Source: the human T2T-CHM13v2.0 reference genome, Homo sapiens. From it: DNA of 64,000 nt. The stretch lies in NCBI RefSeq assembly GCF_009914755.1, contig NC_060930.1; one strand, written 5' to 3'. Under the pieces are notes generated by a model. It saw only the letters and a program-made list of their open reading frames with translations, made no database searches and had not been told where the DNA came from. A program made the position numbers and the translations under genes. Shown one piece after another: positions 26,082 to 40,639 of the stretch; positions within the stretch are counted from its first letter, which is position 1, and every line of letters starts with the position of its first letter.

Positions 26082-29000
26082 GGTCATTTGCAATTTCAAG
26101 TAAGGGGCAGGGTTGTGTATGCATGTGTGTGTATATAAAATGTCCATGTGTTTGGTCCATCTGATCATGTTTTTCTTCTTTATTTTAAGAGTTTTTTATA
26201 TACTATGGTTAATTATTATTTTTTGTGACACAAGTGATAATTACTCTTCAATGTCTGACACTGAAAATAGGTGTTTTATTCCGTTTAATGCTGTTTTAAT
26301 GTAGTAGAATTTGGCTTTTACTTTTTTGCTGCTTTTAAATTTGAGTGTATAGTTGGAAAAGCAAACATTTTATTTTCAATTATTATGTATCGCTTTTCTT
26401 TAGACATGTTTGTATATGGTTTATAGATTTACTTTTGTTCAGAAAAATGCAAGTCTTCATCTTATAATAGGTCAATTTAATGCATTAAGAATTATATTTA
26501 CATTATTTCTACAATGTTATTTTGTGTTCTACTTTCTAATTTTATACTTAAAAACATTCAACAATTTGATGTTTTCTGTTTTTCTTCATTTGTGCTTATT
26601 TATTTTGTTATTTAGGAAGGTTTGCATTTTTGTTCTAGTAATTATTTTTTCTTACTATAACCAATTATAGCATTAGTAAATCTCTTTTCCTACTCCACTT
26701 TGTACTCTATCATTTAATTTTATTAAATTTTATTGTGATTTTTAGTCATGAATATATTTCTTCTTAATCTTAAAAGTATCCACACATACATTTTTTATCT
26801 TAAATGATATCCTTGTACTTCAGCTATAAATGAAAATAAATTTAACATATTTACTTCATTTCCCATTTAAACTTCATTTGCCACTTACTTCTCAATTTAT
26901 GTTAATCATTTCATTTCTATATATTCAGAGACTGTAACACATATATTCTGTTAAAGCTACTTGGTATATTGAGTAAGGTTTATTAGAGCAATACAGTATT
27001 TTCTTAGTTCCAGTGTGTTAATAATTTTATTTGCCTCCATTTTTAAGGGACATTTAAACTGTATAAAATTCTCAGATCATGCTTCCTTTCCTAGGAATTT
27101 TGTTGGTATTGCTTCAGTGTCATCTCGTACTAAATATTGCTATGAAAAATTTGAGGCCACGGTGTGTTTTCCTCTTATAAAATATTTTCTCTTTGGCCTG
27201 GCTTCCCAAAGAATTATTTATATGTATTAGAGTTCATTAACTTTACTATATTATAGCCACAGTTCACAATTTTGGGCTAGTTTTCTCTTGGGCTCTACAT
27301 CTTTTCAATATGCACCAGAAGGCTTTATTTTAAATATTTTATCTTTACCTTTTTTTTTTTTTTGAGGACTTCAATGCTTTGAACCTTCTTTAATTTTTAA
27401 CTCTATTTTCTCGGCTGACTTTTATCTCTTTATTTGTCTTTCACTGTACTTGATTGCCTTGTTTCTAACCTTTATAAAGTTCATTATTACTATTTGAACA
27501 GTGGCTGATGTACCTTGCTCTTCCAGTTTTACCTCCAGTACTGCAATATTTTCTTTGCTATCCTTAGCTCTTCCTACTTACATTTCTTCATGTCTTGCTG
27601 CCCTGCAGTCAATTCCCTGAGGTTTTGTATCTTGCTTTTGTGCCACCACGGCTTCATAAAGATGATTATTCAATTAAGTCTTTTTTTATTGTATTTATTT
27701 TTGCTTTCAATGTTTTGGGCCAGAATTTTCTTTGCTTCTTGGCAACAATTTTATACATTATCCTTCTGTCATGGAGATTTATTGATTCTCTTTTTAAAAT
27801 TATTATGGAATATTTTATAGATTTATACTTCTGAGAATCTCACTTTACACAGAGAATCTTCTGCCTACTCCAATCCATACTATAGTCTGTATTTACTGTT
27901 CCCATTGTTGCAATCTGCACACACACACATATACACACACAGTAGGTTTAGTGCCTCACGTCGTATCTGCCACTGTTGACAAATATAATTTATAGTTTTA
28001 CTGACTATTTCTGAACTTTGAAGCAAAGTATCTTCTGTCCCTTGATAGTTCTCTGTTTCTTCCCAAAGGAACACTGCTCAGTGATTTGTACTGTGTTTCG
28101 TGAGATTCCAACCTAAATCATAGTGTTAGGCTTTAGCTGTTTCCTTGTTTCACTGAAAATGAACTTAAGACTTTTATTTCTTATCTTTTCTGTCTCTTTA
28201 AAATTATTTCCAAGAAAATCAGTCTGAAATTTTCATTTTCTGCTATAATCGCCAAACTGAATGGCTACACATTGATTTTAGATTTTCTTCTTATAAAGTC
28301 ACTTTCCATTTGAAAATCATGTTTTCATCATGTGTAAATTAAACTACAAATCCAATAGAAAATGATAACTTTGGAAAACACTGTTTTAATTTAATGAAAA
28401 TGTACAACATTTGTTTTTCTTTACATTTAAAGAATAATGAAACTGAAAGTTAGATTAGAAAATGAATTTTTTATTACCTGATTGAATGAATGAAATAGTG
28501 AAAATAACCATTAATATTTAAAACAAAGCAAAATAAAACAAAAAAACTATATTATAGGCTGTTAATCTTTCTATTTTATGCTACTTAAGAACAGATACTG
28601 TACAGAGCCAAGTCAAAATTATTTATCAGAAAAAGTAATGTTAAGCATGTGAAGTTAGTTTGATGCAACGGGAACAGCACAAAGGGGTATGTCTACATTA
28701 AGAAGTGGTCAGCTAGATTCAAACTAGAAAGTTGCTGTCCAGCTATAATGGAGGATCTCAAATGAGACTAGATCTAAATCATAGAAACAACAATAGCATG
28801 CTGGAAAAGGAAAATCACGTACTCCACGTTAGTGGTTAAATATGAAATAGTATTTCTTGAGAAAAAGGCAGGTTTTGGTACAAACCCAAGCAAGATACTA
28901 CTGAATAGTTTATTTCAATTAAAATTAGATGAAACAAAAGAAAATGTAATGGTCATCATATGTTTAGGTAAATAACTTTCGTTAAAGTAATTATATGTAT

Positions 29001-30469
29001 AGAAGTTATTCTTAACTCTTTCATATTTTGTTACCCTTTATGACTATTTCTTACCTAAAACTTAAAATAACAACAAAAATGTGACAAATGGAATATGCTT
29101 ATTTAAAATATTTAGTCTTTATAGTGATCTTATTAACAATAGCAAATACTTGTGACATGTCTTATAATTTGTCACAACACATATATATTTTTATATGCAG
29201 TGGAAAAATGTTACAAATATTCTTCACATTCTGAGCGCCAGCATGTTAATTTTAATAAAGAGCCTTCGGTTCAGATTGTTATCTCAATCACTATCTGCAA
29301 TAATTATTGTTACAGACATTAGTTAAACATTTAAGAATTTCTACTGGGTAGTGTATGTATAGCACTTAACCTACATAAAATTTACTTACATATGAATACA
29401 TATTGTAGGTACCATTTAATGCATACACTTATATGCAAACAAACACACACACAATGATTGGCCTAAAGTCTGCTAATACTATAAGGTCTCATTTGCTTTT
29501 CACTCTGTAGCTGGTGAAAACCCTAAAACCATATAACTAAAATAATATTTTCTATTTTGATATTATCTATTTTATTTTAAAAGTCCTTCCCTATATGTTT
29601 TGTTTATTTTCCATATCTTATAGCAGGAATTTTATTAGTTTAGTGGGATGGCTCTGACTAATCTTAAATCAGCAGTATTGATCAACTTACCAGCCACTAC
29701 TTATTTACATATGATGAGGAAATAGTGGAGGAAAAGTTTAATGCATATGTTTCTAGGCTGAAAGACAATCATGAAAAGGATATGCAAAGATTATCCTAAC
29801 ATCTTGTCTTTGGTACATGGTCCTATGAGTTTTCAGCTCTATGGAGAAATTAACATATTTGAGTTGAACGTAGGGTAGCCCTTGGTTTGTGAGTATTGAA
29901 AGCAATGAAGCACTATTTATAACTCTTTAAATCTTTTGCAGCTTATTCCTTAGAGGAGGCACTCTAGGCAGCATTGCCCTTTACAAAGAAGTAATGACAA
30001 AGTAGCAGTGGGGACTTTGGGGTTCAGGATATGGAATAGATGCCTGTCAGATGATTGGCAGTAAAACAACAGTGGCCATCTGTTTCTGATTTAAGATGTA
30101 TATACTAATATGAAATCTTTACCACCTACAGATTCTTAATTACTGGACATTTGAGTTATATGATTATTTTTTAATGCATTCCACATTTTGAATTGCTTTA
30201 AATTCACATTAAATAATTTTTGTTGCCAATTCTTCATAAACAAGGTTTTTAAGTTTGTTTATTTTATTCTATTGCACTGATCAAAATATTTGCTACAAAT
30301 TACACATTTGTAGAAAAGACATTTCTTAGTTAGAACAAGGCTACATATGTGCTTTATTACTCTCTAATGTGAGCATTGTAAAAAAGCAGTAGTATGTTCT
30401 TTGGTAGAGAAGCGTTAGATGCTAAATTCTCCCTTTTCTCTTTCTGGCATATGTATTAAAGTTATATAT

Positions 30470-30541
30470 CTAGCTTCCCTTGCTGGGCTATCTATATGTT
30501 GATCTATCTCTTCCTATATATCTATATTAATCTCTGTCTAC

Positions 30542-30578
<37 letters not shown>

Positions 30579-30925
30579 ATCTGTACAGGTATCTGTATCT
30601 ATATATAATTATCCATATGTCATATAATTAAATCTAGCCAATATAAGGTACAGAAGTGATTTATATCAATTTCAAGACTAACCTCTATCATGTGTTACCA
30701 AGCTCTCATTTCTTCAGTTGAAAGAAATAATTTCGGATACCAGAGCTACAAGATAAAAGGAGAGGAGTCAAGATAACTAAGACTGAGCTTGGAATCAAAA
30801 TCCTTAGGGGAGACATCTGGCTATATTTTTTTATGTTATATGGATGAGAAATAAACTTTTATTACATCAGTGAAATTATGGGTTTTGGGTACATTAACTA
30901 ACATTATTTCCCCTAACTGACATAT
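30470..30925 (+). mobile_element. Old MLT1-type LTR remnant
   Basis: agcttcccttgc, agccaat..cagaagtgat, gagaaataaactt...ccctaactgaca; weak match. Confidence 0.35.
30544..30578. repeat. (TATC)n tetranucleotide microsatellite
   Basis: 8-9 units seen directly. Confidence 0.95.
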
Positions 30926-31044
30926 GTTCCTTTGTGTGTTTTCATTCTGTAGCAATAGAAAAGGTCACTTTTTTTTTTATTTGTGCATAGGAGTCTTTTT
31001 GTTTTAGACGGTATCTAGAGTGATCAAAATAGGAACTTTAAAAA

Positions 31045-31860
31045 ACATTGTTAAGTTTTATACAGTAAAATGTGCAATTCTTAATTATACAAGTAGACAT
31101 GTTTTGGCAAGCAAACACATCTGTGTAGCCACTACTGAAATCAATATCTAAAACAATTCTATCTCTTGAGAAAGTTCTCATGCCTCCTTGTAGTCAATTC
31201 CCACTCTTACGGTAACCTCCACCCACCCACCACCACAGTCAACCTCTCTTCATATAGCATTGTGTTACCATAGATTAGTTTTGACTGTTTTTAAATTTTG
31301 TGTAAATGAAATTTGGCAATCCATACTTTTCTATGCCTTGTTTCTTTCAATCAACAAAATACTACTGCATATTATGTTTTTGTATGTATCAGTAGTCTTC
31401 CTCATTTTATTATTGAATAGTAGTCAATTGTGTAAATACACCGCAATTTATCTATACACCTACTTTTGAATGTTGCTTTTTTCCCAAGTTTTTTCATATT
31501 ATGTATAACTACCATGAATATTCATTACAAGTCTTTGTGTGGACTTAATTTTTTAGGAGTAAAATCGGTGAATAATATAGTAGGTGAATGTTTAATTTTT
31601 CAGGGAATTGCAAAATTATTTTTATAGTTGTTATACCATTTTATATCTCCAAGAGCAATGTTTCATACTTCCGTTTGCTCTCTATTTTTGAAAACCATTG
31701 ATGTTGTTAGTATTTATATTTATTTTTGCCATTCTATGAGTATCTTTCTCAATATGGCTTTAATTTGGATTTTGAGAGTCTATAGTCTTTGCTGTTTTAT
31801 GTGCTTATTGGTCCTTTTTATATTTTTCTTTGTGAAATATATTTGTGAAATATTTACTGT
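31045..31860 (-). mobile_element. L1ME-type 3' end
   Basis: atacagtaaaatgtgcaattcttaa, catagattagttttgactg, tacaagtctttgtgtggac. Confidence 0.6.
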
Positions 31861-32999
31861 TAATTAACCTATATCTAAGCTTTTAACTTAATATCTTTAT
31901 ACATATGTTTGTATTTATAGGCATAATGCAGTGCTAGATTTTCTTAATTATAAATCATGTAAGAGTACAAATTGTAAGCATTTGTAGCCAAAATATTAGG
32001 AGTATTTTGTGGTCTACTGTAATAAAATACTGTTCTGAAAGTCACTACTGTTATTTTCCAACTTAAAAAAATGGCAATTGTGCTATTTCTGAGACCAAAA
32101 AATTTTTGAGTTCAGATGGCTCTATGCTGACCAACAGATGGATCAGGAAATAGCAGATGGTTTTATGAGCAGTTCTGTCATCTCAGCATCTGAAATGCTT
32201 TACATGCCAAGGCTATAGAAGTTTGGACTCTGCTCTTGTGCAATAAGCCTGCTGGTAACCTGGTATTCTGACTGGATTTTTTTTTGTTTTTACCAAATTT
32301 AAATTCTCCAGCTTTGTCTGAACATTTTGGCCGTGAATGTACATTTTCCCTCCGTATTCACTTATTTCCAGAATGTTTTATTGTATGATGAAAAAGTTTT
32401 CTTAATGAGATGGTATCCTAGTACATAACGCAAATTTAATCCTCGTGCACTGTTTTGTAGACTGCTTTTAATCACTCTAGTTTGTATATCTGTGCCAATT
32501 TTTAGACAAAGAATGATATTTTTTTATTATTAATTTAATTTAAATTAAACCCAAGTAGCTTTCTTGTAATTTAAAGGAAAACACATGCTCATTGTAAATA
32601 TACACACACACAAAATTAAAGATATAAAGAAGTCTGAGTTATACACCAACTAAGAAAAAAACACAGAATCAAATATTGTCATGCAAACTTCAAAACTTCA
32701 TATATATATAATATATATATGCATGCATGCATACATGCAAATGTATAGGCATATGTTTAGAATGATAGAAAACTTTATAATACTTTTTGACTAATTTCAT
32801 TTACTTAACAGTTTAAAAGGGACATATTTTTATGTCAATAAATTAAATAAATATCTTTTTTAACTACTGCACATTATTACAACATATACATGTAAGATAG
32901 ATATAAGTAATTCACTTATTATTTTAGCACATTCATACTTCTATTAGTTTTTCTCATTGACAATGATAAATATCTTTGGTCATATGCCTGTGTATACTT

Positions 33000-33145
33000 C
33001 ATTTATAAAGTGCTTACTGTATGCCTAACTTGCTTTGACTGCTTTACATGCATTAACATATGGATTAACCCCAACAAGCCTGTAAAATAAGTACTATCAT
33101 TTTTTTGATTACCTATAAGAAAACTGAATCTTACAGAGGTAAAAA
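33000..33145 (-). mobile_element. MIR
   Basis: gtgcttactgtatgcc..ctttacatgcattaac..gtactatcatt..gaaaactgaatcttacagaggtaa. Confidence 0.6.
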
Positions 33146-34446
33146 TATAATTCAGTTAATCAGAATATATACTTTCAGAAGTGCAGAAATGAAATGATTG
33201 GGGCTAAAAAGTTTGGCCAAGGTATATCATGCTGGCAAATTGGTAGCTGAGTATTTTCTCTTCAAAGAGTTTTCTAATTTTTAAATTAGTCTGTTATGAA
33301 CTACCATTATATCTGAAGGGTTTTTTTGTTTAAAATAGTTGTCTTTCTGGTAAATGTTGTGGTAAATTTTGTTCACACTGATGTAGTGCTTGCTTACAGA
33401 GGTGGTCTCATGACCTTTGCTAATTTCCAGAGAGGTTCTCTGCTTCCAGATTAGGGGAAACTCATCTTCACTGGAGAGAATTTGGGTTCTAGAAAACTTC
33501 AATGACTATAGTTATTTTCAAGTAAATGGATCTCTTCTCTATGTCTCTTATTTCCTCACTAAGCAATATTTTAGTTAAGAGGTAGAAAAAACTTATATTA
33601 CAACTATATTTTATCATTTCTTGCTCCATCCCTAATGCATCAGTATGCTATTTGATTGTATTAGCTAACATGACTAGATGGCAGGTGCCAAAATCTTTCT
33701 TATATCGTCACATTTGCCCGCCTTTGTTCTTTTAAGTGTGGTTCTCAAGATTGCCCTCCATTCGTTTTCTCATCACAACCAGAATAAAAAATTGGTTTTC
33801 ATCTCTGTGGATGACAAAAGGGATCCCCCCAAAAAGTTTTTAATAATCTCTACCTAGCAGTATACTTCCATGTATTCTTTAAATATTCTTTAAATTTGTC
33901 ATATTTTCTGTTAATGCTTCTACTCTTGATTCTATCTGTTTTGTTCCTCACTGGGAATTTCTGTACAGGCATTAACTATTTTTTATGCCACCATCTTTCC
34001 AGTTTGATTTCTGGATGTCAAGTGCTAAAACAACATTAATGCAATGGCTTATGATCTGAAGTCTGTAGATAGTTCAGCTTGGTCCTAAGAAAGAAAAAGC
34101 AACTGAATACTACATTCTGTCTAAAAACTGAGAGAAGTTCCTAGACAGCCTAGTGAACAGTGACAATAAGTATATTTGACAAAATTATGCCTGAAGAAAA
34201 ACTTCTTTGAGTAAGTTACATTGTAAATGAACTTATTTATTCTGCTATATTATATCTTCAACAAATGTATAAATGATACAAAATAAGAACTGTAAGCTAG
34301 CAAAGTTACCATCCATATACTTAAAATTTTATAAACATATTGTTAAATATAATGTAAATTGAATGAGTTTGAAATAAAACTTTAAGGGCTTCATCGTAAT
34401 TCCCTCTTCAGAAAGTTGATATTATCAATGGGTATGTAGTTATGCA

Positions 34447-34834
34447 TAATATGGCTTGGATATGTGTCCCCACCAAATCTCTCATTGAATAGCAATCCCT
34501 AATGTTGTAAATTGGGCCTGGTGAGAGGTGATTGGATCTTGGGGGCGGTTTCGCATGAATAGTTTGGCTTCATCCCCTTGGTGCTGTTCTTGTGATAGTG
34601 AGATCCCACAAGTTAGTAGCACCTCCCACCTTCCTCTCTCTTGCTTCTGCTCCTGCCATGTGACATGCTTGCTCTTGCTTTGGCTTCTGCCATGTGTAAA
34701 AGCTCCTTGAGGCCTTCCCAGAAGCAAAAGCTGCCCTACAGCCTGCAAAACCATGAGACAATTAAACCTCTTTTCCTTATAAATTAACTAGTCTCAAGTA
34801 TTTCTTTATAGTAATGTGAGAACAGGCTAATACA
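34447..34834 (+). mobile_element. MSTA/MSTB-like MaLR solo LTR
   Basis: taatatggcttggatatgtgtccccaccaaatctc...attaaacctcttttc.ttataaatta...ctaataca. Confidence 0.85.
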
Positions 34835-36199
34835 GATCAGAATCACCAACTGATACATGATTTTTCCAGAAGAAAATACCAAACCCCATAGAATTCACGG
34901 GCTATGTTGCCCAAATACAGGATGCCATTTTCATTAGGTTTAAGTGAATAGTGTCCCCTTGAGCAACAATAATGTGAGGAAAGTTAGTTCACATGAAAGG
35001 ACAGTTAGAACAGGTGACAAGGAAGTTGACTGGGAAGAAAATATTGGATTCCAGAATAAATTAACGAGCTTGATATGCAAGTGGGATCACAACTATCTCT
35101 ACATGTAAAAGCAAAGAACGTTTCATGAAATTACTGTCACCTGAAATTGCAATTGTTTATAAGGTTGATAGTAATTATTAGAAAAAGTTTATGATTATTT
35201 ATCTATAGGAAACATAGGGTACCATTACTACTGTTATATATCTATTAAATGTTACTAGTGATAAAAAGTACAAGGTGAACTGGAACAACAAATCATGATT
35301 CTCTACACAGTTGGTAGAGCCAGAATAGGGTATTTTTCCATCACTTATTGGTGAAACAAAACTATGAACCAGAATTCCAACTTACAAAAGAATACATTGC
35401 TCTGGAAAAATTTGAGTATCTTAGAAATGAATAGCAGCCAGCTTATATCAGAGCAAAGAAAAAGGGAAGATATCTTGGGTCTGAAGTGGTAAATATATGT
35501 TTGAATCTCAATCAGTGGCTTTCTACCAATGTGAAATGGTTACATTATTTACCTTTTTCTTTCTATTATTTAAGTATAAGAATCATCTCCCAAAATCATT
35601 GTTATATACGTTTAAAATAGTGTATGTTGCAGTGCCTTGAGCACTGTCATTCTTCAATAAACACTACAAATGAAATATACCACAAATTAAAACTATATAC
35701 CAAGAAACCTCAGTGGCTGCCTCAGGAGGATCATTGACTCCCACAATGATCATAATCACAACTACAGTAAACACAGTCAGCTCAACCAGAAAGGTTAGAC
35801 TCTCATTTTGGAAGTAGTACAATACAACTGGGAGATTCCATGACTATCTCAACTACCTTCATTCTTTATCAATCAAAGGGATTTTCTGCAGCATACCTAT
35901 GTTACCACATTGATTTTGTGGAAATTCAACCTTGATAAATATCTTTGATTTGCAATGGCTTGCACAAGAACATAAATTACCTTAATCTGATGAAACTGAC
36001 TACTGTCAATGCACAAAACAATCATTGGATATTTATAGATAAATTAGATGCATGTAAAAGAAGGAATATCGGAAGATAATATACTCATTGCCTAAACATT
36101 AAAAGGTATTTATCATATATTTTAAGTACCACTAATTGTTATGGTGATAAAAGAAATTTAACTATTTCTTTTAAGTCTTTGCTTATTCTCTGAAATATA

Positions 36200-36660
36200 T
36201 TTCAGCCTGGGAACTCTGAAAATTCATTATAAGACATAGGCTTAGATGGAAGTTGTTTACTTGGGAAATTATTTTAGGAAGCAGTAGTGAGTAACAGAAG
36301 ATATCAAACAAGAACAGATGGAAAATTAGTTTAAGAAGCCTTTGTGGTGACTGCCAACTGATCCAGGACCAGTACATCATTCTTTGAATGATAGTACCCA
36401 CTGACTTCCATTCATTATTGGTTATGGGGTCTCAGAGGTAGCCGTGAACTTCTAAAATGTCCATATTTTAATCTTGAATGGATTCTCCCAGCATCTCATT
36501 TCTCTATCTCGAGGAAGCACAAGAGAAGGAAGCAAGAGCTATGTGGCTGTGGGCCAAATGCAAAGAACTGTTAGGTTGTTCTGAAGCTGGTAGAAGCTGC
36601 AAGACTGGCAGAAGCAGGTAGTGTGAATGAAAGTACTTGAAAAGGATTACAAGAGCTGTC
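36200..36660. mobile_element. Possible ancient ERVL LTR (LTR16-like) remnant
   Basis: Weak resemblance (agacataggcttagatggaagttgtttacttgggaa..aggaagca). Confidence 0.25.
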
Positions 36661-38587
36661 CAATGCAATCAATTAGATTCTCATGTGTACTTAAGGCAGG
36701 TTTACCAAATCAAGGATATTAACCATACTAAAGATTGTATTATTTAGGCTAGTTAAGAAAAACTATTTAAAAACCAATGTTAAAACGTTGTATTATTGGA
36801 TTTACATGGAAAATTATTATCTAAATGTCCACTTATATTCTTTTTGAAGTATTTTAATCCTTCATAGTTTTCTTCCCATGGGGCAATTTTTAGCATCTCT
36901 TATCATTCACTTTCCATCATAGCTTTCTAGTTGAAATTCTCTAAATGTTCTATTTGGGGTACAGCACATTCATTTGAACACTTTTAACTACAATGAGACA
37001 GCTCCCTTTGTAACTCTGTCCTAGATTTGACTTAGAATCTAATTCAATATTCTAATTAAAATTAAATGTTTCAGTTTTGCTTAATATACCACACAGGGGT
37101 TGCCAAGGAAATATCTACCCTTTTAGCCAATTTATAGCTTACATCTGAGTATTTTTCAGTCTCACCAGCAGTGCAAGTTTATAGTGGATGATCTTTCATC
37201 CTGAAAAATGAATCCAGCTGTGTTGCCACTAAGAATTGGTGGTGTGCAGTCTGTTAAATAGCATGCAATTCAACTAAATCCTGATTACAATGTGCAAAAT
37301 AAAGAGATTACTATAACTATGTTAAGCGTGGTTAATTTACTGGATGCATTTATTAGAAACACATTTTGTTCATTTTTAAAACGAAGTTTTCTCTATTGTG
37401 AGATTGTTTGTCAAGATCAAAATTTGTTTAAAGAAAACCATAACAGGCCATTTTAGTAGAGGTATCTCTCATATTGAAAAATTAAGTAGGTTTTGGAGAA
37501 GCGTAGCCTATGACTATTGAGCTCATTTAAAAATTAAGTCAAAAAATTTAAAAATAGATGTATGACTTTGGATTAAAAAATAACAGGTGAGTGACATTAC
37601 ATTTGGTTTAGATAAAATACATACATAGCTCTATACAGTAGTATAGAATAAATGTTCTATTTTAGTTTTTCATATCTTGCATAAATTCTTGGATGCTGAG
37701 GCAGCCTCCACTGCTAAACATACCACCACATAATACTAAATAAGTTACTGCTAATGTCCAATCATGTCCACACTGAGAGTAACATGTGTCATGTCAACGT
37801 GCATGATGGATAGAAACTAACAGAAGCAGCTTCATTTCTCACACTCTAGGCCAGCTGCACTTACATCTTATAATATCTATGTATCATACAGAATTGAGTG
37901 CCATCAACAAAATGTTGGCAGCAGGATGAAAGTGGAAGAGCTGGGCTACTTGCTCATATAATATATTTAAGTTATTTTTATGGGAATGAAATCTATATTG
38001 TCCATTTTTAGTTTAAAGAAATAAATGAACTTTGTTATATGACATTTGATTAATTGAAACTCTACAAACGAAATCTTCATATCCCTATTACAAGAAGAAT
38101 TACATTACCTAATACCTGTAATGAAGTCTTGAAGTAATATGAAATAGAGAAATCTGAAATGTGAAATCTGTCAGGTTTAAATTTAATAATAATTTATCAA
38201 ATATCAATTATGAATCAATTTAATTTACTCATGTAAGTAATGCCCTACAGGGGCACTATTATTTTCATTTTGTTAATTTGGAGTATAAATAGCAACTTAC
38301 CCAAATTTGTGTAGTGTCAGAGAAAGTTTTTGAAATCAAATCCTCTTGGTTTCATAAATGTCCTATTATAAAAATGACTCCGAGGAAATTATAATAGCAA
38401 ACTATATTTTGGGACACAGAATAAATTGGATTAAGAAACTGAAAAGGAGAATAAGAAAATGGGAGTATAATACAATAGGAGTAAACATCTTGGAGAGAGA
38501 AGAGATGCGTATCTCTCCTTTTTGGGAGAGATACGGAAAAGAAGACAGAATAAGAACAAGAGTATGCGAAATGCTTTCTGCTGTATA

Positions 38588-38865
38588 CAGCAGTCCCCTT
38601 TATTCAAAAGGGATATGTTTTAAGACCCTTAATGAATGCTTGAAACTGCAGTTAGAGCCAAACACTATATATACTATGTTTTTCCCCCCTATGGCTTAAT
38701 TTATCATTTAGGCACAGTTAGAGATTAACAAGGATAACTAATAATAAAATGGAACAACTATAACAATACACAGAATGACACACAATTTTAAATTTATGAA
38801 TAGTTTATTTGACAGGTAACTGAAACTAAGAAAGGCAAAACTACGGATAAAGGAGAACTACCCTG
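38588..38865 (+). mobile_element. MER44-like (Tigger7) MITE
   Basis: TA then cagcagtcccctttatt; ttaggcacag.tagagattaacaa; 3' end aggtaactgaaact..cggataaagg.gaacta. Confidence 0.75.
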
Positions 38866-40180
38866 TGTGTGTGCATGTGTGTGTGTATTACTATTACATA
38901 TATATCATTTTATCTATATGTGTATATCTCATTATATCTCTCTACATATAATGAAAACTAAAATTATACTTCTAATTATTTTTTACATTTTTAAGTACAC
39001 AAGCAAGTGTAACACAATAATTAGTGACAAACAGTTCTTGTGTGCTGAAGATTTTTGGTTAGGAGTGGATGTAGCAAAAGGATAGTAAGATAGAACACAA
39101 GGAAGCATGAAAAATTGCATCTGTTAGTCCAGTGATATGGAGGCCCAAATGGAAAAGATGTTATGGGAGAATATGCCAAAAATAAAACAAAGCAAACAAG
39201 CAAAACTACAAAAATTAATTTGACTTCAGGAGAAAGGACGAGGTTTAAGTGAAATTGTAAGAACAACTTACATACGGAATTGAAGTTGCATTTAGTACAC
39301 ATAAAACAACGGAGTAAGACTTTTTTCTGGCTTTGAAAAAATGAATAACTTTTGTAGAAATGTTGCCTTGGGTATTTTTAAATAGGAATAATTTATAAAA
39401 ATTAGGCTAAAGATATTTCAAATGACGGAATGGCATGTAAACTCTGTGCTGCAAGAAAGTAGCCTGCTTTTTTTGAGTGAGATGGTGGCAGAAAATAATT
39501 CAAAGACAAGTACTTCTTGAAACTGTAGAGAGGCAAGAGAGGGACCTGATGTCCTAAGCCCAATTTTTCCATTTATTACCGGAAAATAACAACTCGTTAA
39601 CCAATTCTATTAAATATTTGCATTTTAGATATGCAAATTTGAAGAAAAAAGAAAACAAAAAGAACCTCCTAGCTATCATTGAAGATCCCCTGAGCTTTTC
39701 CTCCGAACTGATAGGATTCTGTAAAATATCATTAGAGAATAAATAGCAATCTGGAGCTAACATAAAAGCTTCTGCTGCTCATGAGAAAATTATAAGATAA
39801 TATTCATTTGGTTGTAATCGTCTACTAAAATGATGCCCCAGGGATAATAGAAAAATAATACATTCCAAATTGTTTACCTATTTTTACTGAAATGATTCCT
39901 TTATGCGTCATCCAACACAGTCTAACCCCCTGAAAGAGACCTTTATCATCAGTTTGCACCAATTCCTTATGAATTCTGCTGGAAATAGAGTTTGTGAAAA
40001 TGGATAACACTATTAGGCAAGTTAGACTTGATAATGATTTCTGGTAAATATTACAATTTGAAATATTTTTTTCTAGTCAGTCCTAGTTTGGGGTTTTTGT
40101 TGTTTTTGCACGTGTACAAATTGAAATTTTTCTTTGAAACATTTGAAACAAATAAAAGGCCAGTGATGTTTTTGTTGTTG

Positions 40181-40207
40181 TGGTGGTGGTGGTGGTGGTG
40201 GCGGTGG
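40181..40207. repeat. (TGG)n repeat
   Basis: Seen directly; produces the poly-W in ORF 40028..40264. Confidence 0.9.
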
Positions 40208-40639
40208 TTCATTTGTTTTGGAAGAATATATTTGTTTTTAAGTGGAATGTATTTGATATTCTGAGTTGCTTCTGATTTTTGTGTCTAAAATACCCTAAAC
40301 CTTTTATTTAGACATGATGAGAGCCTCATGCAGAGGGATCAGGGGCTTGCTTATTGAGCTTATCTTTATATTATAGATAATGCTCTCAAAGAAAACAGTC
40401 AATAATGTCTGTACCACTAAGTCTAATGGGTAGACCTCACTCTCTAACCTACTGGACTGCAAAGCAGCATTTAGTATAGCTGGCTACTCATCTTTAAACA
40501 CATTCTTCCCTAGTCTAGAAGAATAACAGGCTCCTCATGGCATCCTCTTACCTTTCTTGGTGTTCCTTACATATCTTTCTTGCCAACTCTTGTTTGGCAA
40601 GTCAATCATCAAGTAATAGAAGATCTCAAATTTGTTTTC

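Noticed and set aside
26113-27834. Hydrophobic F/L/I-rich ORFs resembling membrane proteins
   Set aside because: T-rich composition, probably decayed antisense L1-like DNA; no recognisable domain or splice structure.
38358-38699. 113-aa ORF
   Set aside because: No recognisable motif; the C-terminal part runs into a MER44 element.
40580-40602. cttgccaa...ttggcaag inverted repeat as an NFI site
   Set aside because: Half-sites are in the wrong order and spacing for TTGGC-N5-GCCAA; an 8-bp stem is plausible by chance.
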